A DNA stretch of 64,000 bases from Botryllus schlosseri (Eukaryota), in contig CM119372.1 in assembly GCA_051294905.1 (NCBI GenBank), positions 39,124,001-39,188,000 on the forward strand, written 5' to 3'. Positions within the stretch are counted from its first letter, which is position 1; each line of letters begins with the position of its first letter. This document shows, piece by piece, positions 10,570 through 22,485 of the stretch. The notes under the pieces are model-generated. The model did not search any database. It worked only from the letters and a program-made list of their open reading frames with translations, and was not told the DNA's origin. The position numbers were made by a program, and so were the translations under genes.

Positions 10570-13500
10570 TAAATATGAATATACTGTTAAAAGCCGTGTT
10601 CAAGTTCTGTACCACCAACCAGTTATTCAAGTATTAACAATTAGCACATTAGATATGTAACAAGTGCTGTTTACTCGTGCGTCAATAACTAAGTATTAGA
10701 GGCCGTTGAAACTAAAATTAGAGTAAGAACATTGGTGTCTTAGGTTCGATGAATCTTCATCTTGCATTACATCGAATTATTAAGTCACTGGGCAATCAAA
10801 TTCACCACGATGACGTATGTCTTACAATATTCCTTCTGCAGCCTAATTCGACTTTTGAAACTTATTCCTCTTTGGCATTATTCCAGTCAGTTGGCAAATG
10901 TTGTACGATTGCCCTAAGAGCTATCCCGCAGTTGGGAACCCTGGCCGATATAACTGTATGTTAATAATGAATCTTATGCAATTATGACCTATTCAAGAGG
11001 GTGTAAGTGTTGGCTTTGACAACCACAAAGATAATGCACGTTGTTCGTGAATGATATGTTGATTTGTGAATTGCATGAATAAGAAGTGAATGAAGCCTAA
11101 GCATATTCATAAATAACCGTCATCAATTATTCGTATTGTGTAGGATTGCATTGCACTTCATTTTTGTTTTTAACGCCCACCATACCATCCAATCGGCTAA
11201 CATACCTTAGTATGGTGAAGCATCTTTATCGAATGTTGCCAGAAAATGAACCAAAGGTGCTAGTCGCTACATTGATGCTACGATTCAAGTGTAGTATCAC
11301 TCTTCTGTGCGTTCTAAATGCGAACGCATTGACATCGCGATCACGTAACATGTTGATTCAGTGGAAAAGTGAAATTGTCGCGAGTGAATATTGTTCTGGG
11401 GTTCGCCTGTCAACCTTCGAAGGAAATCACTGCACGATGCCCCCGGGAAAAGCAACCACTTTGAGAACAACGGAAGTGCGATATCCGTGATTTTTGTACT
11501 GCAGTGATTTTAGTATTTGATTATTTAATAATACGATAAGCTGAATGTAAAATTATGAAGCTCTGTACCTCCAAGAAGCTCTTCGAATACAAAAGTGATA
11601 AGTTAGTTTCTTCATTTTCTTTTTGTGTAATAAATTCTGGCTGACTAGTGCGAATGAGACTAAAAAAAATACGAATGGAGCTGTAAAAGGTTGAACAGCA
11701 ATGTTCCTGCCTTTTTTTGCATACTACTTGGATATGGTTCCTTCGTCTTTTGATCCCGGAAACCTAATATGCTTTATTGTGAAACAGACTATTTGGGTCA
11801 CAAACGTGCAAAATTTCGTTGATGAATTCGAGTCCGATAGTTTTGATCGTCATTTTGTGTACAACTTTCTGGTTTTACCTGCTATGACGGTAAGATAAAT
11901 ATAGGCACATGAAGTCACGGAAGACAATGAGCTTCGGATTGAAAAGAAACAGGCACTGATTCCTACTATCGCTGACTATCGCATTTTTAACTTTGCAACT
12001 ACCTCCCAAAGGTGTTTCACATATTTTCGCACACTGTTGGTTCCAGAACCCGCACTTCCACACCATCTCGGATTTGGTATCACGCGGCCTGTTGAATATT
12101 ATAGAGTCGCTCAACCCGCCAGTGTACAATCTAAGTTCAGTAGGTTCGCGATCTTCAGCGAATTATCTTCGCCGCATATTCTGCATCTGCGTCTGAAGTA
12201 AAAGCGTTATGAAATAGCGAAGAAAAAATGTGATGAGTCAATTCATCCTCCGTAGGAAAATCTGTGATATATATCATCTCCCTTGACGAGTGACTTTTAT
12301 GCGAAAGTAGTAACGATAGTTACTAAAATGTAGCATGGAGAAGAACCAATTGTCAAGCTCATGTCAATTTTTTTAAACGGGGTAGACGATGCACTGGCAA
12401 CGTATTCGGTTATATGATGATATACAATAAAAAGAAAGCAATAGATAAGAATGGTCTTGAAGTATTCCCTGGCATATTGCATTATTACGATATTTTCTGT
12501 AGGGAATCAAAGAGGTTATAGAATCATGGGAAATGGATTATGTCGGCTATATCCGTGCTCTTCAATCGGGTGTACGCCCGAAAGTTACCATAACTTAAAA
12601 AAGGGTGCACCAATTTAACGGGTGTTACTGGAAAATAATACCCAGACAGGCTGATTACTAGCTTACGCAATAAATAGGCAGGTTTATGCTTCAGAGCAGG
12701 TTGGCTGGATGTACAGTACAGTACAATTTGGCACAACGTTCATGTCACGAGTATGAGCAGCCAGAAGATTGCATTCGATTGGTTTATTTTGCTACTGGTT
12801 GCTTTCGGAGTAGAACATTATGGAGCTAAATTGTGTTTAGCTTGCGGCTTCTTTCTTTAGTTTAACATATAATAAATGCAACAACATAAATAATATTGGA
12901 CATACGTAAGTCCTTCAACCAATGCTGGGCTACAAAGTTTCAATAAGAGACATGTACGCTGAATTAAGAGTAAGAACAGTAGATACCATTTTAGCAAGAG
13001 CGATGAAAATGAATTTAGCAAGATGTTATGGCACGTCGATATGTAAGATCGTGGTCTGGTATCTAGAGTGCTGATAAGAATTTGGCATTAGCATTCATCA
13101 TATCTGGGGTGAACAATTTGGGAGTGAATGTTAAAAGGATGTATCATTCTGACAAAAGATGAAAGATGAAGAGCACTAGGTTCCATATATAATCGAAAAT
13201 GGTATAACGAGTAACACAAAAATATTCAATCAGGTATATGTAATTATTTTTAATTCGGCTTTTCTGACACGTAGCATGGTATGACTTGCAACGATGTGAG
13301 GGATTAACTTTCAATAAGCGTTTCCGCAACGTAAGTACGTATAATCGTATTATAATATTAGGATTTACAAGCACCGGCATTTTACATAGGATTATTAGCA
13401 AAACCTTGCGTGAATATCAAATTTATATGGCATGGAACACATAGGATAGTATTACGAGATTTAATGATAGGGCGTAACCTATACTTGAGACTTGGATTTT

Positions 13501-16500
13501 ATTTGATTTTAATATAGCTTGAACGAGAAAGATTTTTGACTTTATCAACTTTAATAATACCCACACAAATTTTACAAAGATAAAAAGGGTAATGTATTCA
13601 AGGAATTAATTTGGCTCAACCTTTTTTAGTACCATCCACAGTTATTTGTGACCAAAAATGTCATCGGCACCTATCAATCGAAAATCATCATGCAACACGA
13701 AAATGTTGGGACGCGACCCTTGTTATTGAAATTTCAAACAAGTAGGCTATCATCCAGCATCGTCGCGGTTGCCGCTGATTATTTCTGGCAATTTCAAAAG
13801 AGTTAGGCACCACCTTTCTCCTCAAAGCTCACCGCATTACAGGCCATCAAGTGTCTTCTTATGAAACAAGTGCTTGTTCCGTTACAATAACTACTATAGC
13901 ACGCAGAAGGATGTCCTTGTAGTGAAGTGTAGTCAGACTGTAGCTTATGACGTACTATGAGCGTTGTTGTAACGAGATGCTTCTATCCGGAACAATAAGC
14001 AGCGACCTTATGTAGATTTTAGATGTTAAGTTATTGCATTGTGAATAAAACTGCGATAATGTTCGAATCTGAGCAACTAACTGCTCTGCTTAGTTTCAAC
14101 ATGCGCCAAAAAAAGTTGCTCATGTAAATATTCTCAGATTGCACAGAGAACGTCGAACAATGTTAACAGTAACAATAAGAAAGGTAAGACAGGTCGGGCA
14201 ATTTGTTGGAAAAACTTTTTCAGGCCAGCCATTCTGCGTACTAAATGGCTACAGTAATTTCCTGCACATAAATGCAACGTCTGGCATAAGGGTATCCTAG
14301 AAAGTATAAGCAACCAACTCTAAATTATAGAAAATAGGATATTTGGCCATTCACTTTTCTTAAAAATCCTCATGATGAGGACATACGGTAGGCGTATGTG
14401 AGGCAGAAATCGCAGTTTATTGTATGACCCAAAGGTTTCGGATGCTCCTGTTGACCGAAGCCCTTCAAACCAACAACATAACTTTAATTAATCTGCCGCG
14501 AACTCGCTACCGTACAAAATCACAGCTGCCAACTCTATAAAGTGCGCACAGTAAATAAACTAAATGCAATTGAATTTCGATAACCAGTGTTGGTCGCTCT
14601 AGCTCAATCGAATCTGAATGTTCATAGCAGATTATTGATCAAAGAATGCAAATTCCTTTTTATGCGAATGGTATTTACTGATACCAAACTGTCTTGTGAC
14701 ACCATGAGAATCGATTTTTACTAAATTATGATTATTGTCTCAAGATAAAAATTACCTCTCATATTGCTGACTCAGATGTGCATATTCAGTGTATGTCTGG
14801 CCATACAACCGCCATCGCATAACACTTTTGATTTCGCGATCATAATACTGTGTCAATTATAAGTTCTCTCCTGGAAAACTACAGCATTATGCATACTCGC
14901 ACGCTTGGCGCGGCTGAATATCTTATAGATCGTTATCGGTATTAACGCGTGACGGACAATATAAGGTAACAGTACATAACTATTTCGATTGGGCACAGAC
15001 AGAAATCACTATATACTTTGCTATAGTCTTGACTGGGCGGACAGATGTTGGCGAATTCATAATTTCATAATTGCTAATGCTGCACACATAGTCGCCAGCT
15101 TCCAACATAGGCCATGAGTAGATTCTGGTGAAGGTGCCGGTCAGCATTTACCAATGTCAAGCACGCTAAATTGAGAGGTTGGGTCGCGCAACATTTTCAA
15201 ATCGGAATTTGGTTAGGAACCCATGATATGTTGCATCTGGATTTTAAAAGTCATCCGGCATTACTTTTTATTCTGGAACTTGGGAGCATCCGCAGTTTCA
15301 TGTGACCAATGTCACGACGGAATATAGTGAGCTCAAATATCTGTGATGTTGGGATACAAGCGGAAATGATAAGGCAGCTCAGACTTCATAAAGTAGGTAT
15401 CGACAGCGACTAATGTTCAAGTGAAATCAATTTCGTAATCTTCCTCGAAATATAACTAAAGAGTAGATGATTTGCAATCTAGAAACCGTCATTAAATCGA
15501 AAATAACATTTACAAAGATCTATTTAATATATCGTATATGAGCTCAGAAAAGGTATAATAGGCCTACAATTTATTTGATTCATGGCTTATGCTGGCATTT
15601 GCAGTATAATTGCGCGCTAAATAAAATATCTTAATGCACTTTATCCGTTTGTTGGGTACTGCGGAAATCATTTCAATGCTTTTAATATATCAATTCGTAA
15701 CTACTATTTTGTTCAATATGCATTACAAACGGGGGTTAGAGATCATAAAATTTCAGTGCACCCCGCACTCACAAACAAAAACGATCTACATGTCGTTATA
15801 TAGTTTTACTTCTCAAGCATCTCTGTAGAAGGAAGCGAGAATTTCATAGCGAAGTTTCCAGCTACAATTTAAGAACAGATGTTTTCAGCAAATAAGACAA
15901 GGTACGCGACAAATAGGCGTTTCATCACTTATCTTGATTACACTAGACCAGCAGAGATGACAAACTCGATTGGGAATCAAACTTTGGGATAGCAGCGGGT
16001 CTAACCATTCGACTAATACCAAAATGTTATCTAATGGTCCATACCTTGTTTTTCTTTCAATGGAATTCTTCAGTTTCAAGCCTATAGATAATGTCGGATA
16101 TACTACGGGATTTTTACCAAGCCACAAGGTTCCGAGTCTCAAGTTCATTACACTTTAATAGTTTCGACCCGATTCAACTCGAGTCATTTTCAACTCACCA
16201 CCGAGTCAATTCCGCGTTCAAGGCAGCCGGGAAAGGGAAGAGTACGAATTAGATACTGTTGGTAATCGCGTCGGAGTCCAAGTCCAAGTCTCAACTGTTA
16301 CAATAGAGTTGAAAATACGTTCAACTCCATTCTATCAACTTTTGATGTGATATCGACGACCTCGCATTCATAATATAGTCATTTCCTCACTTGTAACATG
16401 TGTTTTCGAATTTTTCCGGTTTATCATAAATATTGAATTCGCCGATAAATTTGGTTGAACAACTTACATTGAATATCTGTTCGCAGTTTCTTGTGAAGAA

Positions 16501-16552
16501 TTGTCAAAAAAAAAGACTTCATGATTTGGAACTATATTGCATCCTGCGGAAC

Positions 16553-17623
16553 ATGAACACAACCATCGATGAAACCAGCTCCAGCTCGGACATGACACTT
16601 ACAACCACGGCTGCGCTGAGTAATAAAAGCTTAGGCGAACAAGAATATCGCATTATATTGATAGTATTCGCAATTATTTGGAGTTTCGGATTTGCGTCAA
16701 ATCTATTTACGATTGTAGCGCTGGGTATCATAAAAAGAACGCCTCTTAATATAATCATCATCAGCCTATGCTGTTCTGATGTTGTGTCAGCCGTTGCCTC
16801 ACCTTTCGTAGTTCGGCAAATTCTGTTCACGGCTGCTCGAATTGATTACCCGTGGAATATTGTGATCTGTAAAACTATGATCCCGATTCTTTCCGCTGTT
16901 GGTGCCATTACAATCCAGCTCGTTTTGGCATTGTCAATTTGGCGATTGTATGCCATTCTACATCCTCAAAAGGCTCTCAACTTCATGTCCTTGAGACGTG
17001 CTGATCAGATCATAGTATTATCGTGGGCTTTTTCGTTGGTACTGTTTGTTCCTCTACTTGCGTATCACTTGAATATAGTCCAATCGTCCATTTTTCCTGA
17101 AGTTGCTATTTGCTATTCGACGAAGCAGAATAGATGGATCACACACCTTATCAGTGTTATAGATGTTGTGGTAATGAATTTGGCCCCTATAGGATTGATC
17201 ATCACGATTAATGTTGTTATTGGGTTGGCTATGCTTCGGTTGAAAATCAAAAGACAAGAACTTACACGGAATCACGATCGTCGAGACAAGGAGAAACAGG
17301 CGTTGTACCAACTCTGTCTGATTACGGCATCCTTTGTAATCGGATATGTACCCAAATTTATCTATTGCATTTGGAGCTTGGTTGGTTTTAAAAGTCACCG
17401 TACCCACGTAATCCGATATCTGTTATCACATGGATTGCTGAATATAACAGAGTCCATCAACCCGATCATATACACTCACAGCTCTGAGGAATTACGATCT
17501 TCGATGATGCATATACTCCACAGAGTATTCTGCGTCTGGAGACAATACTGCAAGACTGAAGTCCCGAATCTGAAGCAAGTCGGGAATGACATTGAAAAAC
17601 AATATGATGCCACTAGCGTATGA
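16553..17623 (+). CDS. Intronless rhodopsin-like (class A) GPCR, peptide-receptor-like orphan, ~356 aa
   Basis: Seven hydrophobic segments; N-terminal N-glycosylation sequons (NTT, NKS); TM1 GFASN, TM2 SLCCSD, WNIVICK before TM3, SIWRLYAI, TM4 W, TM5 P, TM6 FVIGYVP, TM7 NPIIY; ATG at 16553; AATAAA at 17635-17640. Confidence 0.9.
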   Translation: MNTTIDETSSSSDMTLTTTAALSNKSLGEQEYRIILIVFAIIWSFGFASNLFTIVALGIIKRTPLNIIIISLCCSDVVSAVASPFVVRQILFTAARIDYPWNIVICKTMIPILSAVGAITIQLVLALSIWRLYAILHPQKALNFMSLRRADQIIVLSWAFSLVLFVPLLAYHLNIVQSSIFPEVAICYSTKQNRWITHLISVIDVVVMNLAPIGLIITINVVIGLAMLRLKIKRQELTRNHDRRDKEKQALYQLCLITASFVIGYVPKFIYCIWSLVGFKSHRTHVIRYLLSHGLLNITESINPIIYTHSSEELRSSMMHILHRVFCVWRQYCKTEVPNLKQVGNDIEKQYDATSV

Positions 17624-18649
17624 ATCAGCGGTGCAATAAAGCATATATAGTCTGTATAATCCTAATTTTTCTATCCTTGTTCAATATATTGAGGTTTTGT
17701 GCAAACAATGCATTTCATTTAAGCCTATTCAGAGAGGGTCGAAGAGAGTTGTAGGACGTAGGCATATACTAGAGCAAGTCCAAAATGACTGATGCGGATT
17801 AGCATACTACCACTATGGAATTTTTTTGATCACTTCTTTCACATCTCATTTCAGCCTTGTCCGTGTGTATTATAAAAAAATACCGTTTTGTTCGGGTTAG
17901 CGGGCTTTTAGTATTTGGATCGTTTACCAGGGGGCGTTGTGCGAAACACTGCTGGGAAAACATTGCGAACCTTTTCTTTATAATATCATTATAGACTATA
18001 CATGATTTCATAAAATAGGTATCTCTTGTTTAAAACAATCTGAGATTTCTGTTCTGAGGTTGAATATCTGAGTATCACGTGTCAGACATATCCTCGAATC
18101 TACTTATAAGTAGACATATAAATTACGAAAACCAGTACTGGGCGATTGTTTTGATCGAAACAGACACTCCTAGTTCGCAAGTTGTTTCAGATGTCTAAAA
18201 GTATATTACAATGCACATGGAGTTTTAAGATAGGGATGCATCTATTCTTGAAATATTATAATTTATTATAAATATAATTCACACTGAATGACTAAAAATA
18301 TAAAATATGTAATATAGTCGTAATCCAAGACAAAGATATAAAAATATCCGAATTTGGTCCTCGCAGCATGTATTTCGATAATAATTTGCTACTTGCTTTC
18401 ACGTTATTTCTGCTGAGATTGAAGCTGTCTTTAGCGTTTATTAAGGATTATTAGGAATAAACTGCAGCATTTAATTAGACTCCCATAATATTTATCACTG
18501 AGCAGCATTCTTAACAACTTACTTAGAAATAAGGTCTCATATCTCCTTGGCAGTTTGATATTTCGTGACGCAAAGTTTAAAAGTTTTAACGAGGTTCAAC
18601 GGTAGCTTGCAGGCATATGCATCGGAATCGGAATTAGTGCATCTTCCTT

Positions 18650-18816
18650 ATACAATTGAATAGTGCATTCATATTGAAATAAACCCGAATATTTTCGGCT
18701 GACACTCGTCAGGGGTAATCGTGAGCAATTAGTAGAGAATTGGAAAGAACATTGTATATCAACAATCGTATCACAAAATATATTGAAGTTCTGTACCTCC
18801 AAGAAACTCTTCATGT
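18650..18816. mobile_element. Miniature Penelope insertion (antisense pLTR piece + sense tail), second family
   Basis: Left part is the reverse complement of ~58690-58827; right part is the sense tail GAAGTTCTGTACCTCCAAGAA; TSD ATCTTCCTT at 18641-18649 and 18817-18825. Confidence 0.75.
18682..18726 (-). ncRNA. Minimal type I hammerhead ribozyme, canonical core
   Basis: Minus strand accc-CTGACGA-G-tgtcagc-C-GAAA-atat-TC-gggt; stem I accc/gggt; palindromic stem III AATATT. Confidence 0.75.
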
Positions 18817-19444
18817 ATCTTCCTTCCAAAACGGGGCTGTATTACTCATAACCAGAATAACTGGTAATGAATGATTCGAATAAATTCATTTGTCGATTCT
18901 TGGGGTATGGTACGCATCATTTGGCAACAGATCCCATCGTGTTCAGGTGAAAAACCGTTCTTTCAACGTATTACGACTAGAGTCCCTCCCAAGTGTTTGA
19001 GGCATATCCCGTGTAGGCCAGGGGTATCAAACTCAACTGACGTCGCGGGTTGGATTAAACACGTCAGATCACTCGCGAGTCGCACCAAAATGCCTCAATC
19101 CCAAAATATCTCAAAATCCATGCTCTTGTTTTGCGTTCGAATAGATCAGTAACCAGCAGTGTTGGGATGACCCGAGTCATGACTTAACTCGTGTCCGACT
19201 CGAGTCACCTTTTTCGTATGACTTGACTTGACTCGAGTCACCTTTTTCGTATGACTTGACTTGACTCGAGTCACTTTGTCAAAATGACTTGACTTGACTT
19301 GACTCGGCGTATCATAAATGTGGATTGACTCGTGACTCGGAGCAAAATTCACGAGTCAATTTCAAGTCATCAAATAATCAGTGTCGATAAAAATCACTGT
19401 ATCTTGCACATATATATGTTCGGATTGTTCGCGAAACGCTAGAG

Positions 19445-20730
19445 AAGGGGTGGGCAATTATTTTTCTCCGCGGGCCAAGTGAGAAATGGAAAATACGTCT
19501 GCGGGCCGAGTTAACAATTTCAGTTATATTCTCGCGCTATTTTAATTTTATTTCCAAATTACATTGTAAATAAATGCTGCACAGTGAATGTGTTGATGTT
19601 AGGTAATGAGAAAGTGGCGGTTAATTAAAAAATTATCTATTTGGCGTCATGATTCAAAACAATGTTAAACATGATACATTTCCCTCTCTTTAAACCCCTA
19701 CCCACGTTCTTCTACTAATACACTAAAACAGTGTTTCTCTGCGATTTTTATGCACCCCCCCCCCCTTTATGATGGTACAAAATTCCATGCCCACCCCATA
19801 TCATGATATCACAACATATCAAAAAAGAGCAACCATAATGCCATCAATCCCAACGGATAGTTTGATGGCATGGAAGGTTATGGTTGTTAATGAGAAAATT
19901 CCGTAATATAAAAGTCGGACAATACATAGAGCAATACCTATACTATAAGCTGGGTGAAATCGCGCAGAACGCGAAAAATTTTTTCATTTATCTCCGGCTT
20001 CGCGCCCTCCTTCAGATACTTCCACGCCCCACAGTTCGAGAACCACTACACTGAAATGAATATGGGATAGTAGAAAGCTTGTCTTGGTCGCTGCATTTCG
20101 AGCAGTGTACAGCTCAAATAGCCTTGATGTTGAGCGAAGTTGAGCCCTCCCTTGACCGTGTGTTTCGTGTTTTTGTCATAATTAAAATCCTTTGACTCGG
20201 CGACATGCTCGGAAAAAACTAAAAACACTCTAGTATACAAATATTTAGTGCTCTAAACTTTTTTTGAATTTCTACTTTCGGCTTTCTGTTTTGGATATGC
20301 CCGTTCATCCTATACGGGTGATAGATATGATGAGTCATATAGCAGACGCGAGCACTGATTGACTTGTTTTACGAAATACGGATTTGGAAACGCCTCACGT
20401 AACAATTTGAAACACGTACCGTATAATGCGTAATGTGACAATGGCAACAAATGTTTGACCTAAACTATATGAAAAGAGTGATTTCTTGTGAATTTCATTG
20501 TTACTCATACTTTGCCACATTGTAGGCAACGTAATCGTGGCATATTAATGAACAGGATTCAAAGTATAAACGAATTTCCTGCTTAGTTGATACAGCCTAT
20601 GGTTTTAGCTCGCGCATCAACATTCAAAAAGCAGGTTTAATGTTATAAATTCCCAGCAACCTTTCGCGGGCCGCACAGAATGGCTTTGCGGGCCGCATTT
20701 GGCCCGCGGGTCGCACTTTGCCCAGGTCTG
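19445..20730. mobile_element. hAT MITE (contains a further MITE at 19729-20048)
   Basis: Exact TSD CGCTAGAG; inner element has TSD CACTAAAA/CACTGAAA. Confidence 0.85.
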
Positions 20731-21029
20731 CGCTAGAGTAACCCGTGAGAGCATTCAATGATCGTGCCTTTTACAGAGATTCCATTGTTCTCTCACAAAT
20801 AAATTGACCGCAAACGCTTACAGCTTACGCACTGGCGTAGCAGCATTCGTGTGTTGAGCGCCGTCGAGATAGGACGTCTCATCGTGATCTCGTAAAGTGA
20901 CACGCCTAATTAACGACTAGCCGCGTAGTCGACAGTTGCGTAGCAGTAGGCTTATATCAGCTGAAGCGTTCTGTAGCTCTGTATACAATAGTTGTATCGC
21001 ATATTGGTGTGATATAAAACAGTCAAGTT

Positions 21030-22485
21030 ATGTCAGGTAGTGGCGGGGCGCAGAAGCGCTCCGCAGATTCAGAACTTCCTGGGCCTTCCTCGAAGGAGGT
21101 AGCGAAGGGGAATTCTACAAGATTTGGTATTGATGAGTCAGTGATTATAAAGGGTGTAAAAAAGCGCATTCGGCAATACAATCCGTTGACTATAAATAAA
21201 TCGTTATACGCAGTCCTAGGCGGTAATTACAAGGATGTGAAAGTCCTTCCCTCTGGAGATATATGTGTAAAATGTGCGAATAGTGACCAAGTTTCAAAGT
21301 TACTGTCATGCACCGATCTCGGATCGAGCACAAATCCGATAGAGGTGCAAACGGAATTATACAATATCAGACCAGTAGAAGTGAAGGGAGTTATTACAAA
21401 CGTGCCACTAGAAATGTAGGATGAGGAGATATTGCATTCGTTGGCAAGCCAACATGTTACGTTCGCGCGTAGATTCTCCTATCGCGCTGATGGAGAAACT
21501 ATACCCGGTAAATCAGTGCTTTTGTGCTTCGCGTCGACAATCTTGCCAGCCGTGGTTAAGATAGGATTCTTACGATTTAGGCCTCGCGTATACAATCAAC
21601 CGCCCACGAGGTGCTATAATTGCAATCGCTTCGGTCATAAATCGAAGCATTGTCGAAGCGCGCAGCGTTGCTCTAAATGCGGAAACCGCCACACCCATGA
21701 CAAGTGTGACAGTAGTGTTCTCCACTGCGTTAATTGCGGCAATTCTCACTCTGCTCGATACACTGGTTGCCCAAGGTATCAACAGGAAATTAGGATTCAG
21801 AAAATAATGGCGAACACCAAGGTAGACTATTGGACTGCGCGGAATACGTTACAAAACGAAGCTAGTGATCCGGTAGTGCCACCTCTCAGTGAATTCCCAC
21901 CATTGCCGAAACCGAACGCTACCTCGTATAGAATTGCGGACATTTCTCCAGAAGTGTCGAATAAAAACGCCCTACCAGGCCTACCAGATGAAAACCAGTA
22001 TCGCCAAAGAGTATCTCAGCAACAAAGCTCAATAGTGCAGAAGACAGGGGATCATATCACTTTCCTAATTTCCGGTTTCTTCAATTTCATTGCCGAAGTC
22101 ATGAAAAACACGCTAACAAGCTTTGTAGAAAAAAAACGAATCGACATTGAAGCAATCATAGAAAAATCAAGCGGGGGAAAATCTTGGTATCTCGGTGACA
22201 AATAATCACGCGTTCAATCCGAGTAACGGCAATCAAGTTAACCAACTCAATGCCATGATGACGACTCCTCAAGTCGATATTGGAGGTGCGATCGATCTGA
22301 CCTTTAGTGGAGGAAATAAGATGGATAATTTAGAGTGTATGGAATCGCATAACAGTCAACAAACGACCGAGCCAACAATCGAGAATACCACGAATGTGAC
22401 TGACGGTGGGGGTCCACTCCTCGCGAAAGACGTACAAGATGTCATAAAAAAGTCGGGTATGGACAAAGGACGTTCTTCACGATAA
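21030..22485 (+). pseudogene. LINE ORF1 (gag-like, three CCHC zinc knuckles), disrupted
   Basis: CYNCNRFGHKSKHC, CSKCGNRHTHDKC, CVNCGNSHSARYTGC; in-frame stop at 21417-21419 and a probable frameshift near 22170. Confidence 0.85.

Larger units (their letters stand above)
8373..10631. mobile_element. Penelope-like retroelement, 5'-truncated, inverted pLTR configuration
   Basis: 8373-9137 and 9833-10597 are 765-bp inverted copies (one mismatch seen); 34-nt tail 10598-10631 on one side only; TSD TATTAACAATT at 8362-8372 and 10632-10642. Confidence 0.92.

Noticed and set aside
11701..12196. Overlapping short ORFs
   Set aside because: No family motif; stops in all frames
16433..16552. Extended GPCR N-terminus
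   Set aside because: Relies on a TTG start; the first ATG at 16553 gives a typical glycosylated N-terminus
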